64,000 nucleotides of DNA from Paramecium tetraurelia (Eukaryota). Position 1 is the first letter of the stretch. Each line of letters opens with the position of its first letter. The position numbers and the translations under genes are program-made. Under the pieces are notes generated by a model. It was not told the DNA's origin. It did no database searches and was given only the letters and a program-made list of their open reading frames with translations. Location: the NCBI GenBank assembly GCA_000165425.1, contig CT868649.1:310001-374000 (forward strand). The letters run 5' to 3'. Positions 27,038 to 39,257 of this stretch are shown here, piece after piece.

Positions 27038-27643
27038 TCAGAAATCAAAGAAAACTTATTCTTAATTTGCTATTGCCATGTCATTTTCTTCTTCAAATTA
27101 TATCTCCTTCCAATATTGATTGGAATTAATTTCTGTATGGCTGTATTCATTATCATATTATTATTCTCTTTCATATTATATTGGTGATCTTTCGCATTCA
27201 ATTGGAGTCTCAATGAAATATCTATCAGTGTTTAAGTTGGGATCCTCTTGATTTTCATCGTCAGCTTCAATTATCAAATTATTCCAACTATCATTTGAGG
27301 GATTTTTTTCTTCTACCTCTTAAAAAATAGGGGCAGCTACATTTAAATTTTCTTCTTTTTGTCTCAAAAGTTATCTCAAATGCCCCATTTTCTTTTATAA
27401 ACATTGATTTATGTCTGTTATTTATGAGGCTTTTCGAATAATACTATAATAGTCCTCTAAAGTTTTCTTGGAGCATCCAATAAGATTGGCTGCTTCTTTT
27501 AATGTTGGCTTAATAAAGTTGCCTGCATAATCTGTGTAGCCATTTTTAAAGAGATCTCTCCATTGTTGAACTAAATTGCAAGCCTCATAGACAAATCTTT
27601 CTTTTGATCTTCTTTGTTTTTCAATTTTTTAAGTGTTAAACAT
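27038..27643 (-). CDS. Putative helix-turn-helix DNA-binding protein with acidic C-terminus, 201 aa
   Basis: Intronless ORF; VQQWRDLF...PTLKEAANLIGCSKKTLEDYY...KKMGHLRQ. Confidence 0.75.
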
Positions 27644-27800
27644 AATAAATATTGTAATTATATAATTTGTGAATAAATTAAAAGTATATGAATTTTATTT
27701 GATTAATTAGTATTAAACAGAATTTGAACGTATTGATAAAATAATTATTATTTTAGAAATAGTTATTCTAATACTCAAATTTCCAATTAACTATTCTTCT

Positions 27801-29720
27801 ATGAATCCCGTTTTATAACCTCCTAGATATCTAAAATAAATAGCTCCTTCTCAATTTAGGAGTTTAAATTAATTAAATGTTCCTCATGAAGAAATTGAAG
27901 AGAAAGGATTTTTGACCAAATATGTTTAAATCTTAAAAAAGAATGCAAATGGATCAGTTATAAGCACAGCAAAAATTGTTAATATTTTGAAATTGCATTA
28001 GTTATTGAGAAATTAAGATCAACTTGAAACTCTGAAAAAATATTTTGAAGATCACTTTCCATATATAGGGTAAAATAAAATCAAATAAAATTTAGGAAAT
28101 TTAAGGACAAACTTGATGGTAATAAATGTTTGGACATTTTTAGATTTATGACAGTTGAAAAGTATAAAGCATTTAATATAATTTTTCGTTAAGGAGAACC
28201 AGGAAGAAAAATGTATTTTTTATTAACAGGGGAAGTGGGAATATTTGTTCCAAAATCGAATCAAAGTTAGGAAGTCTAAAACTTGATTTGCCAGTAATTG
28301 ATAAATTATATATCTAAGTGATTTTAAGGACATTCAAGAAATTCAGTTTTAAGAGTTTAGATTAGTTGCCATTAAAAAATTTGGAGAAGTCTTCGGAGAA
28401 ATTGCAATTGAATAAAGGGTCACTAGAACTGCAACCGTAGTAGCTAAAACTGATGTTTTTGTGGCACAGCTATCCTATGAAATGTATTAAGATGTGATTG
28501 GAAAGCATCAAAATGAATTGACTGCTTAAAAGCTTTAGTTTATTAATACTATTCCACTTTTCTAAGACTGGGAACAGAAACAAAAATTAATAGCCTTGTC
28601 TAGCTTTGAATAGAATACAATTAATTGTGGGTAGAGTATTTTTTCAACCGGATATTTAGATGAATATATTTATTTAGTGGTGACTGGAGAAGTTGAAATC
28701 ATTAAATTTAACAAGGTTCAATCCAGTTTGTCATAAAATTAAATAAAAAAGTTATAAATTATTGCCATTATTAATTCTGGGTAATTTTTTGGTGACTATG
28801 AACACATAAATAATATTCCTAATAGGATTACTTCGGCCAAAGCCAGAATGGAAACTGTATATTATAAAATTAAATATAATCTCTTTATAGATCTCTTAGA
28901 GATGTACTCAAATGTGCAAGAATATAAAAAAGCTCAAATGATCAAGTTTAACATTTAGTAGTCTTTGGTTAATAATGGCTAAGTTTTCTAAGGGGAAAAT
29001 CAAGAAGATCAACTCTCATTGAATTTAGATCTAAGTCAATTAAAATCCAATTATTTCAAAAATCAGAAAATAGAAAAACTGAAAAACTAATTGAAAAAAC
29101 AGATTTTCAAAACTGATGATTAGATTAAAAAGGACTATTTTAAGGAATAACTAAAAACTGTAAGTTAAACTTTAAGTGTATTCGAAACTATATAACTTAA
29201 AAAATACTCTAATTTAATACCTCATAAACATGATTTTTTTGTTAATGAACAAAATTGCATTTCATCACCAAATCACACTCGTTCGCAAAAGTTTTTTAGT
29301 AAGGTTTTTGATTAAAATCAAGAATAAAAAGAAAAGAAATAGCAAAATACAAATAAATTTATCGATAATCAAATTAAATATCATTTGAATAAGAAATTTT
29401 AAGGAATGTTTCGAAAGCATACTAAAAGTCATAATGTTAAATTGGAATAATCAGATTCAATATCATATTCAAAAATTATTTAAAGCAAAGTTGCTAAACT
29501 CAATCTAACTAAATCGTATGAAAAGATGCAAAGAGCGACATCGGAAAATGCTTTCAAACAAGACGAGCGCACCCCTCATACTCATTTGTCTCTTCATATT
29601 CGATCCTATCATAAAGAAAATCTTACTACAAATAGGTCAATTTTGTTTAGATCAAATAGATTATCATCTAAAAAACCAGACACACAAGAGTTCAAATTTT
29701 AGAAAATGATTTAATTTTGA
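27801..29720 (+). CDS. Cyclic-nucleotide-binding domain protein (two cNMP domains, low-complexity tail)
   Basis: IFRQGEPGRKMYFLLTGEV; FGEVFGEIAIEQRVTRTATVVA; second domain YLVVTGEVEI...GQFFGDYE. Confidence 0.85.
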
Positions 29721-30034
29721 TTATATTAATGCATATGTAAATTGATAAATATCTACTTAAGGTTTAGGAATACTTTTGAAAATATCAAGAATTCAATTAA
29801 GAATCTGATTCCTTATATCAGAGTCTAAATCAATAATGCAGAGCAAATTTTCAATTGGTATTCGAGATGAAATTTAATCATTTTATATTAATATCAGTAA
29901 AATTATATACGACTTTCTTTATATCTCAGTCATTCTAACTTCGTACAAAAATAGGATTGGAAAAGTAATCGAAATTAAATGTGAACACATTTATTTATCA
30001 TTTTGAGTATCATAATAATAAAATTAATACACAA

Positions 30035-31899
30035 ATGCAATAGACGTAATTTCTAGGAAAAAGAATTAAACTTCAATAAATTAGTTTGACTGGGAATTAT
30101 GAATCTCCTCCTTTACCATCTATTCCAAATGTTCAAGGTTTATTTTCTCCTAGATTGGCTCATCAAAAGGAAACTATGCGATCACCTAGAAAAAAGGCAT
30201 ATACTAAACTAACTTAAAGTGGTAAGACTAATGTACCTCTTATTTCATAATCTTCAAGAAATCTAGATGGATTTAATATCACTTAATAATTTTCCATATC
30301 TCCATGCAAAAGCTACAGGAGTAGTTTGCGTTGTTTAACACCACATGAAATAAACTTTAGAAAAAATCTTGATCATGTTTATATAGTTAAACAACCTATT
30401 AATGAGATTAGCCAACTAAAAATCATGTAGATGAGTAGATAAAAAGTGAACAGCGGATATAAAGAAGATGACATATATTTGAAAAGGAAGAAACTATTAC
30501 TAGAAGCACAAATAGCTTTGGGTGCTACTAGACTACACACACAATTAGCATTATTTGATTATCAATAAATTAACTTTTTTGAGGAAATTCCATAAAACTG
30601 CAAACTTGTATTTTTGGGTAATAAAACTTAGATGGATTTTTGGGAAATTGTATTTGCTTTTCACAATATTGAATGTTAAACTGAAATTCAAAATAAAATC
30701 TTGAATGTCATGTAATATGTCAATTCCATAGATGATCTTCTTAAATTCTTTTAAGATAAAGAAATATTTCAAGAAGTAATAGAAAGCAATGATATTTGTA
30801 GTCCGATGGAAATTCTAATTACTCCAACAACAGCAAAATCTAAATAATAATAATTTTAAAAATCTAACACTTCAAATGATTTATAATTCAAACTTGATTT
30901 GGATCTAAAAAAAAAAATGCATATCTTAAAAACAGAGGAAAGTGAAGAGATCCAAACCATAAGGAATAGATTAGATGAAAGTCTGAAGGATTATAAAATG
31001 GAAGTCAAATCAGATGCAATATAAGACATTTTAGAAAAATAAGGTTTGAATAAGAATATTAAACAGAACCAAAAAAAATGTAACTTTAACATAAATAGAT
31101 AGATTTAAAACTGTCTAATTTCAAAAGCTAATGCAGTACAATAGCGAAAACCTAATCTAAAAACCAAACCTACAAAAATCAATTTACTAAGTTTCCTCTC
31201 TACGTAGCTTAGTCACAACCATTAGCAACTTATTATAATATCCCAAAATTGATGGAAAAAACTGGGCTAAACAGAAGTGAAATTCATGAGATTTACTCAA
31301 GATATAAGGCATTATTGAGTTTCGAATGTACTTAAATACCAGGAATGACTAAAGAAAGTATACTATTGTTATTAAATATTATGAAAGTGCTCCCCAATGG
31401 AATCAGTCGAGATTCATTTGCAGCAGGACTCAATGAATTATCAATGGCTCCTGCAGGAGTGATTGATTAATTATTTAATTTGTTTGCCATAGAAAACAGT
31501 TTGGATTTTGAAGGATTTCTTTAGATTATTAATTTAATTACAGCCAAGAGTAATGAAAAAAAAATTGAATTAATTTTGAAAGTAATAATTTAATTAATTA
31601 GTTAATTGATGAGAATGGGAATGGGTTACTTTCTTATGAGGAAATATCCTAGAGATGTGAGATGATGATGGATTCTATAATGAAGTACAATATTGGAGAG
31701 CCTTGCACCAATAATATGGTTGATATCATCACTAAATCTATTTTTGACGTATAACTTAATTGATTTTACTTAGGCAGTGGAGATGAATTATGATGAGGAA
31801 ATCCCAATTGAGAAACTTAGATAACTAATTGAGAGTAGAAGCTAGGCATCTAAAGCATTATTAATGATGTGCTGCGGAGATATTAATTATATTGATTGA
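30035..31899 (+). CDS. Protein with long low-complexity N-terminus and C-terminal NCS/recoverin-like EF-hand domain
   Basis: LMEKTGLNRSEIHEIYSRYK...LDFEGFL...IDENGNGLLSYEEI; ends MCCGDINYID*. Confidence 0.78.
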
Positions 31900-32034
31900 T
31901 TACTTATAAGTTATAAGCTTAATTTTAAATAATTAATTACTGCAGTAATACATTGCAAGATATTCAATAAATTAAACCCCTCACTATATATGAAATTATA
32001 TTTATTTCTTTTTACTTTATTATTTTAATAATAA

Positions 32035-33929
32035 ATGGTGTACATTTTAACCCTGGAGCAAGCATAAATATCTATAAGAGTCGATAAACCAAGCTATTTT
32101 CCTGGAGATCTAATAAAAGGAGTCATATACATTAAAGTAAAGACTAAAGATATAAATGCTGGTATTATGAATCTAAAAGTAAAAATTGGTAATAAAATTT
32201 TCAGCTCTGCGGTCAACAAAAAGCAAACTAACTGGATTAACAAGGTCAATTTTTCAGTTTCAAATAGTTCATTTATAAAAAATAAAAGAAAATCACTGAT
32301 TTTGGGAAGTATTGAAACATTAAAGTATTAGGAAAATGCCAATCATAGCATGCAGAAAATACTTCGAGATGGAGGTTCCAAATATATCACCGAGTTTCAC
32401 AATTAACTACTACAAGATGGTACAATGCAGAATCTTATATTTTCTCTCAGTTACTATATAAAGTGAAGATGAGAAATATTTATATAAGCCTCCGAAGAAA
32501 CACAGAGTGGTGATACACATACTTGAAAAACCTCAAATACAATCTAATTTAGCAATCCAATATGTTGGCGAGTCCAAGACAACCAAAACTTGTTGCCTTT
32601 CAACTGGAGTAATATAGTAAATAGTATATCCTAGGGCACAAAGGTTAAGATACAACTAAATAAGCCTTAATATTTATTTGGAGAAAATATTGATATAGTT
32701 ATGCAAGTTGACAATAGTTCTTCAAATTATCATATTCAAAAATTCAAATTTTCCATTTCTGCGTAGTTAGTTGTTTTGTATAAATAGTAAAAACGCAAAC
32801 TATCTAACTATTTTGATATATTTGATTAAGAATTAATTTGTAAAAATTCAACTATATGTTAGAGTAAGTTGAAGCTGGTGATGAAAAAGAGATAAAAACC
32901 ACTTTCAAATTACCATAGGGAAAGCCACGAAACCCCACTTCGATTTTTCCACAAAGTTCTGTTAAAACAAAACGAATTATATTTTAATATATATTGACAC
33001 TACAAGTGTCTTTTGGCAAAAGATTATTTTTCAGTTAAGATGATCTAATCATTCCGATGCCAATAATTTTAATATAGCAGTAAAAAAGAGAAAAGGACAA
33101 TGTATTATAATCAATGGAGAACATCAGTATGATTGGATCTGTATTTGAAACAAATTAAAAACTAAGTTAAAGCTAATTAAAAAGATTTATCTTTGGAGAT
33201 CATAATTGTTCAGGTTATGGCGAGTAAGATGGTTACTTAGGACTAGAAAGAAAATATCATCCCGTTGAGAGTTTAGATGAAAAGGCGATGAAAGATGTGA
33301 AAGGAGCATTAGAATAATTGATGTTTAAGAAACAATATGAAATGGAAGATAGTGATGATGAAGATAAATTAATTGAAGAAATTGATGGAGTTAATCCAAA
33401 TAATATTAGTTTAAACGTTGAACAATCTGAAAAATAAAAATAGCCAAAAACTATTTTTCAATAAGGCAACAAAAAGGATATCTTTTTCCCTAACTAGAAC
33501 TTGGAGGAAGCCAATAATGGTATCTAAGATCAATTATAAACAATAAAAGAAGAATAAGATAGTAAAGGAACCCAATACAATCTAAATAATGCTCTCAATT
33601 CATCCTAAATAAGGAAAAATCAATAAGGAGATGACAATGAAGAATAACAAAATGGTTAGTTTCAATAATAATCTTATCCAATTGAACCTTTTTGTTCATT
33701 TTAAAAAGTTATTTTAAAAATGGATGAGTAAGATCAGATAAAAGACGAAAAAGAAAACATAAAAAAACCACCTATCTTGAAATAAAAGATATCATTAAAC
33801 AATTCAATTGATCAAATTGATCAAAAAGAATAAAAGTAATTTAAATTTTAATTTAATGATGCTACCTCAGTAGATACCTTGGATGGTAAGACTGGAGAGA
33901 GATTAAGTACTCAATGTAAAAAAAAATGA
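32035..33929 (+). CDS. Arrestin-fold (alpha-arrestin-like) protein with long acidic/Gln-rich tail
   Basis: DKPSYFPGDLIKGVIYI..LKLCGQQKANYW; C-domain TCCLSTG..LNKPQYLFGENIDIVMQVDNS. Confidence 0.78.
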
Positions 33930-34333
33930 AACTTAATTTAAATAAACTGAATTATATATTATTCAATTTATTTATATTTTTGTAATCAATAATAACGATT
34001 AAATTAATCTTAACTATATGCTTCATAATTTAATTAATATATTATTCTATTTTATATTTGTAATATTAAGTAATTAGAAATTTTACTTATTAACAAATTT
34101 TTGATATTAAATACTCAATTTATCCTTTTTATTTGATTATTTTTCTTAAGTAAACAAATAATTTGATTTGGATTTATTCTAGATTATAATTTTATGATTA
34201 ACATCTATAAAACAGTACAATGATATTAATTTAAAATCCATTAAATCAGAAGAACAATATTAAAAATAATTGACTATAAGGAGATCTAGTAATATAATAA
34301 TATTTTAATTAAATAAAATTATAATAAGGAATA

Positions 34334-35077
34334 TCAACTAAAATGATGGAGCACATTTGTATACATTTATTCAAAATCTTTCATAGAGAACTAACCTTAT
34401 TTTGAAATATGATTAAATAATTTAGAGAATGTGTCTAAAGATTTAATATTAAATTATTATCCCAATTAAATTACTATTGATTAAACGATTTCAATCGTAA
34501 TTCTTTCTCCTGAATTGATTTTTCTTTAGAATATTTTATCAAATTCTTAAAGTATTGTTTCCTCTTTGAAAGAGAAGTTCATTAAATTCGATGCATATGA
34601 TAAGCCTTTTCTTTCGTTTTTAGTCCTTCTCTTGGCTTAAAAAATAATAATGAAAATACATTCTTTATATCCATACGGATCATTATTTGGGTTCAAATAT
34701 TATAAATATTACCCAGATGTTTTTTCTCTATATTTTTTATGTTTAGGCCACATTTAATTTGGTTGATATAAAGTTTATTGTAATCCTGGTTCGATTGAAC
34801 TTTGGACTCTTCTAAAGAAATGAGGTTTATTTTCAGGTATTATTTCACTTTTTGGTTTCACTAAAGTTACCTTCTCATCAATTAATGGATTTTTATATGG
34901 TTAATATTTTGATTCTTGAATTGGATAATCAGTTTCCATATATTTAATATGGCTTAATGGCCATGCTTTGACTTTGTTTAAATATTCTCTATGATTGTAT
35001 TTCTCAAAAAACATTAAGCTCTATCCTCCATAATTCTATCCTGATGGGTCTATCAATCCTTTATATGGTTTATGCAT
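34334..35077 (-). CDS. Hypothetical protein, possible degenerate EF-hand at the C-terminus
   Basis: ATG 35077 MHKPYKGLIDPSG..., one intron near 34636-34659, ends QGQFSMKDFEQMYTNVLHHFS*. Confidence 0.65.
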
Positions 35078-35652
35078 AAAATATATGTTTTATAAAATTT
35101 TAACAAATAATTATTCTCATTAAATAAAATTAATTTACTAATTGCGAATTTGATATAAAATATACTATTATTAGTAATTAAAGTTTCTGGTTCACTCAAA
35201 GGAGTACTAATAAGTATTGTAATTATATAAAATAAAGAAGATGAATTTCATTTACAATTATATGAAGATGAAATACATTTCAAGTAAGATATTTATTACT
35301 TCATCACTCCTCATAAGACTTTTATAATATAATGAATATATTAGTTTAATGTACTATTAATTATAACACAAAGAGTTCTACTTGAACTTCAGAATTTTAG
35401 AAATTTTTAAAGAAATAAATATATAATATTATTATATTAAGAAATATCATTGATAATTTTGTGATCTTTGATATCAAAGAATCTTCAATCTAAATTTGTA
35501 ATATCAAATAACAATCTTATTGGATGATATCATTTCCTTACCAAGTTTAGTGTACTTTTAGGTATATTTAATATAAATATCATTTAATTTACTAAAATTT
35601 GCGTAAGGTTTTAATATGATTCGCATTATTTAATATATTTTTTAATATACAC

Positions 35653-36617
35653 ATGTCGATTGAAGTAGCCAAAGCTATTGGATATGAAACAGAAGAAGTC
35701 AAGGCTTTATGCACAGACAGAGATGCAATTTTATATTCCCTTGGTATAGGATATAGTTCTGATCCCATGAATGCAGAAGAACTTCCTTACACTTATGAAT
35801 TGCATGAAGATTTCAAAGTATTTCCAACATACACCACCTGTCTTCATAGAACTGATATTTTCAAGGTCAATTGAATGAATGAATATTAGGCTTTGACTTC
35901 TTGCCCAGGAATTCCAAATTTCAATCCAATGATGTTATTGCATGGAGAATAGAGAATATAAGTCTTGAGACCTTTAAAAGCAGGAGTTGAATATGTTACT
36001 ACAGGAAAGATAGCCAACATATCTGATAAGGGAAAAGGAGCTTTAATCTAATTCGATTTATTAAGTTCTGAAGTGGATGCTTAAGGAAAGAAAACCTTGG
36101 CTTTTGTCAATACATTATCTCTCTTCATTAGAGGATTGGGAGGTTTTGGACATAAAGGAAATCCAGTTGAAAACATTCCTGCCACTCCTAAAAGGCCAGC
36201 TTGTAAGGAAGTCAAATAAGTCACAACACCAAATCAAGCTATAATATACAGATTGTCTGGTGATATTAATCCATTACATATTGACCCTGTAATACTTATT
36301 TAAATTGAATTTAGAATATGGCTGCTCTAGGAGGATTTGATAAACCAATTTTGCATGGATTGTGCACTTACGGTATTTGTGCCAAAGCTGCCATTCAAAC
36401 ATTTACTTAAGTATGAAAAGTTTAGTTATTCTAGGGAAATGGTGATACTCTTAAAAATATGGCTGCCAGATTTACTTCTCATGTTTTCCCTGGAGAAACT
36501 TTATTGATTTCTTTATGGAAGGAAGGAACCAGAGTTTAATTTTCAGCTAAAACTTAAGAAAGAGGAATAGAAGTTATTGTTGGTTTTGTGGAGTTTAATG
36601 AGAAGGCTAAATTATGA
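35653..36617 (+). CDS. ECH2: Peroxisomal enoyl-CoA hydratase 2 (MaoC-like double hot-dog fold)
   Basis: [48 protein letters not shown]-terminal PTS1 AKL*. Confidence 0.93.
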
Positions 36618-36645
36618 AATAATTATAAAATAAATTAGTGGATAG

Positions 36646-38057
36646 TCATTTAATTTTTAATAACACTTATTCAAGGGCCTGGGCTTATGTATATAATGAT
36701 TGAGTATATTAATCTTCTTCAAAGTAGGGTGGTTTATCGGAATGTCTAACAGAAGTTCTGAAGTTTTCATATTCAATTCCCTTAATTAATATTAATTTAA
36801 TACTATTTGATTAACCTAATTTTTAAGCAGTTGGATTTATCTTTCTTAATCTTAAATCACATCCTAATGATTCTTCAAATATAAATCTTTGATCAGATCT
36901 CTTAATTCATTTGACATCCCATTTGGATCTTTTGATAGGATCAATCTAGACAGATCTTCTATTATTTTCTTTAATTTTGGATCTTTATTGTAAGATTCTT
37001 GTTTCACCATTTTAGATTAATTGATCTTCTCATCTTAAAGTTCCTTGAACAGACTGTCATACTAATTTTGGAGAGCAGCCATATTCTTCTCATATTGTTT
37101 GCCTTGACTATATAACAAATACAATTATTCTAAATCATATTAAAATTCTTTAATATTGATAATATTATTCGCTGTAATTTCTCTAAATAAACTAGGATAT
37201 TTCTATAAGAGATTCTTTATCTTATCCAAAATGGAGTGAACAGTTTATAGTTGGAATTGCTCTTGGACTAATTCATTATTTTTATTCTCAATTTCCGTGT
37301 TTAGTTCCTCTATTCTCTATTTAAATTAGCCAACTTAATTCAATAAACCAGCCACTCCAAGCATAGGTTCATTAATGCTTTATTGAATCTTGTGTATTAA
37401 CACATTTTGATGTTGTACTTGTGTTTTCAATCTTGAAATAGTTCTTTCCTATTCATTGATAGCAATTTAATAGTTAATTTGACACTGTTGATTTTCGTCA
37501 TCAAAATATGTATCTGATTCTTGTGAAACACATAAAGCAATTACAGCCTAATTGTACTTTTGAACCTTTTCTAATTAATCTCTAAAAGGGACCTCTTATT
37601 GCAAAAGCTAATTTAACGAATTGTGATTATCTCGTATATTTTACTCAATCTTAAAAAGCACATTCTTGATGTTACTTTAAAATTTCTCTTTTAATTTCAA
37701 ATGAAACAGGAGTTTTTACACAACTTCAAAATGATCTAGACGCAACCTTTCGTATTTTCCATCATATTAAATGGAAATCGGGTCTAAGTTAAAATACCCT
37801 AATTTATAGTGCTTCACTCCATTTTGATAGAGCTCCTTGACTGCTTTATCATTTTGGAGTTTGTTGTTTTTCTGAATCTCACTAGGTGGTAGAAATTTGA
37901 CATCCTATTACAAACACGATTCGCAACATAATTTCTTTTTTTTTGTCTCTACAATCATTTTTCCTTGGTCTTAATTATAAATTTAGATATTGCTTGACTG
38001 AATCCGACTTAAAATTTTATCTGTGATATAATCTTTGGTTGGTGTTTTATTTCTCAT
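36646..38057 (-). CDS. Hypothetical coiled-coil protein
   Basis: ATG 38057 MRNKTPTKDY..., 23-nt intron near 37906-37928, long heptad-like region, ends EQVLLKIK*. Confidence 0.72.
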
Positions 38058-38067
38058 TAATTATAAT

Positions 38068-38742
38068 ATGAATTAAAAGGAAAGCCATCCCAAAGACGAA
38101 GATGATGACTTCACTCTTAATACTTCGAGTGCTGAGCCATTAGAATTGGACGATCAATACACAAAGCCCAAATCGATATGTTGGGGAAGATGTCACCCAA
38201 TGATGTTTAGGAAAGGCAATCCGGCTGTTGTTATTGGACCTCATTGTACTTGATACTCTAATCTAGGGCCCTTGTTTATTTGTGCTTTTCTTTTATTCTT
38301 CTTTATTGGATGTCTCTTTATTTTCCTTAGGGCCAATGATGAACCATTAATATTTTATACTACTCTTATTGTTGGTATTAATCAATGTGTCAGTTACTTA
38401 ATTGTATCATTAATCAATCCTGGAATTGCAAATGTGGAGAGAATCGATATTGAAAAGAATCAATAAAGCAATCAAAAAACTTGGTAACTTGTTTTTGTTA
38501 TGGAAAGGTATTGTAAAGTGTGCAAATTGATTCAAGTCAAAGAAACACAGCATTGTTTAGATTGTGATATTTGTATATAAGAATATGATCATCATTGTCC
38601 TTGGACTGGCAAATGCATAGGCAAAGGCAACATCAAATAGTTTTATTATTTTATCATAAGTACTATTGTGTTTACGATATTTAACCTTGTTTTAATTATA
38701 CTAAAATTTAAAGAATAAGAAGCTAAAGCAAAAAAATAATGA
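38068..38742 (+). CDS. DHHC protein S-acyltransferase (small)
   Basis: IGPHWP, hydrophobic segments, NPG, CKVCKLIQVKETQHCLDCDICIQEYDHHCPWTGKCIGKGN; two introns. Confidence 0.93.
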
Positions 38743-39257
38743 ATTAGTTTTTATTAATATTATCAATAACTTAAAATATCCTTTTAATGAAATTTTATCA
38801 TCTAAATTTAGATTTTCATCATTTTCAGCTTTTTTTTATCCTTTTATTCTAAATCACGCTTAAATGATTCTGCTACCTAAGCAACTTTGATTGATGTTCA
38901 ATTTATAATAATTATTCAACTCTATTTTATGAATATTAAGTCTTATTCCAATTTTATTCCATAAATTTATATTTTATTTTAATCTATTCCACACAATAAG
39001 AAATTTAAATAGATTGAAGGAAAATTATTTTTAGGAATTTGGTAACATAGTCTGAGTTTATTTGATGAAATTACTATCATAAATCAAAGCATTCATAATG
39101 TTGATTCGGAATATTATTACAAATTGAATAAATAAAAAAATATTTGAAGTTCCCCTAATTGGAAAACAGAGTTAAGATCAAGAAATTAATGGCGATGTTC
39201 ATTTTTTATTGAAGAATGAATTTTGTACATTATATGATATAAACTTGATATTTACTT

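Noticed and set aside
35078..35652. Short direct repeat GAAGATGAA and small hairpins upstream of the hydratase gene
   Set aside because: Expected by chance in very AT-rich DNA; no box C/D or H/ACA layout could be supported.
38764..39257. Possible small minus-strand gene (ATG 38962, about 45 aa) between the DHHC and ACOX-like genes
   Set aside because: Too short, no motif, and no consistent intron solution; at most a relic.
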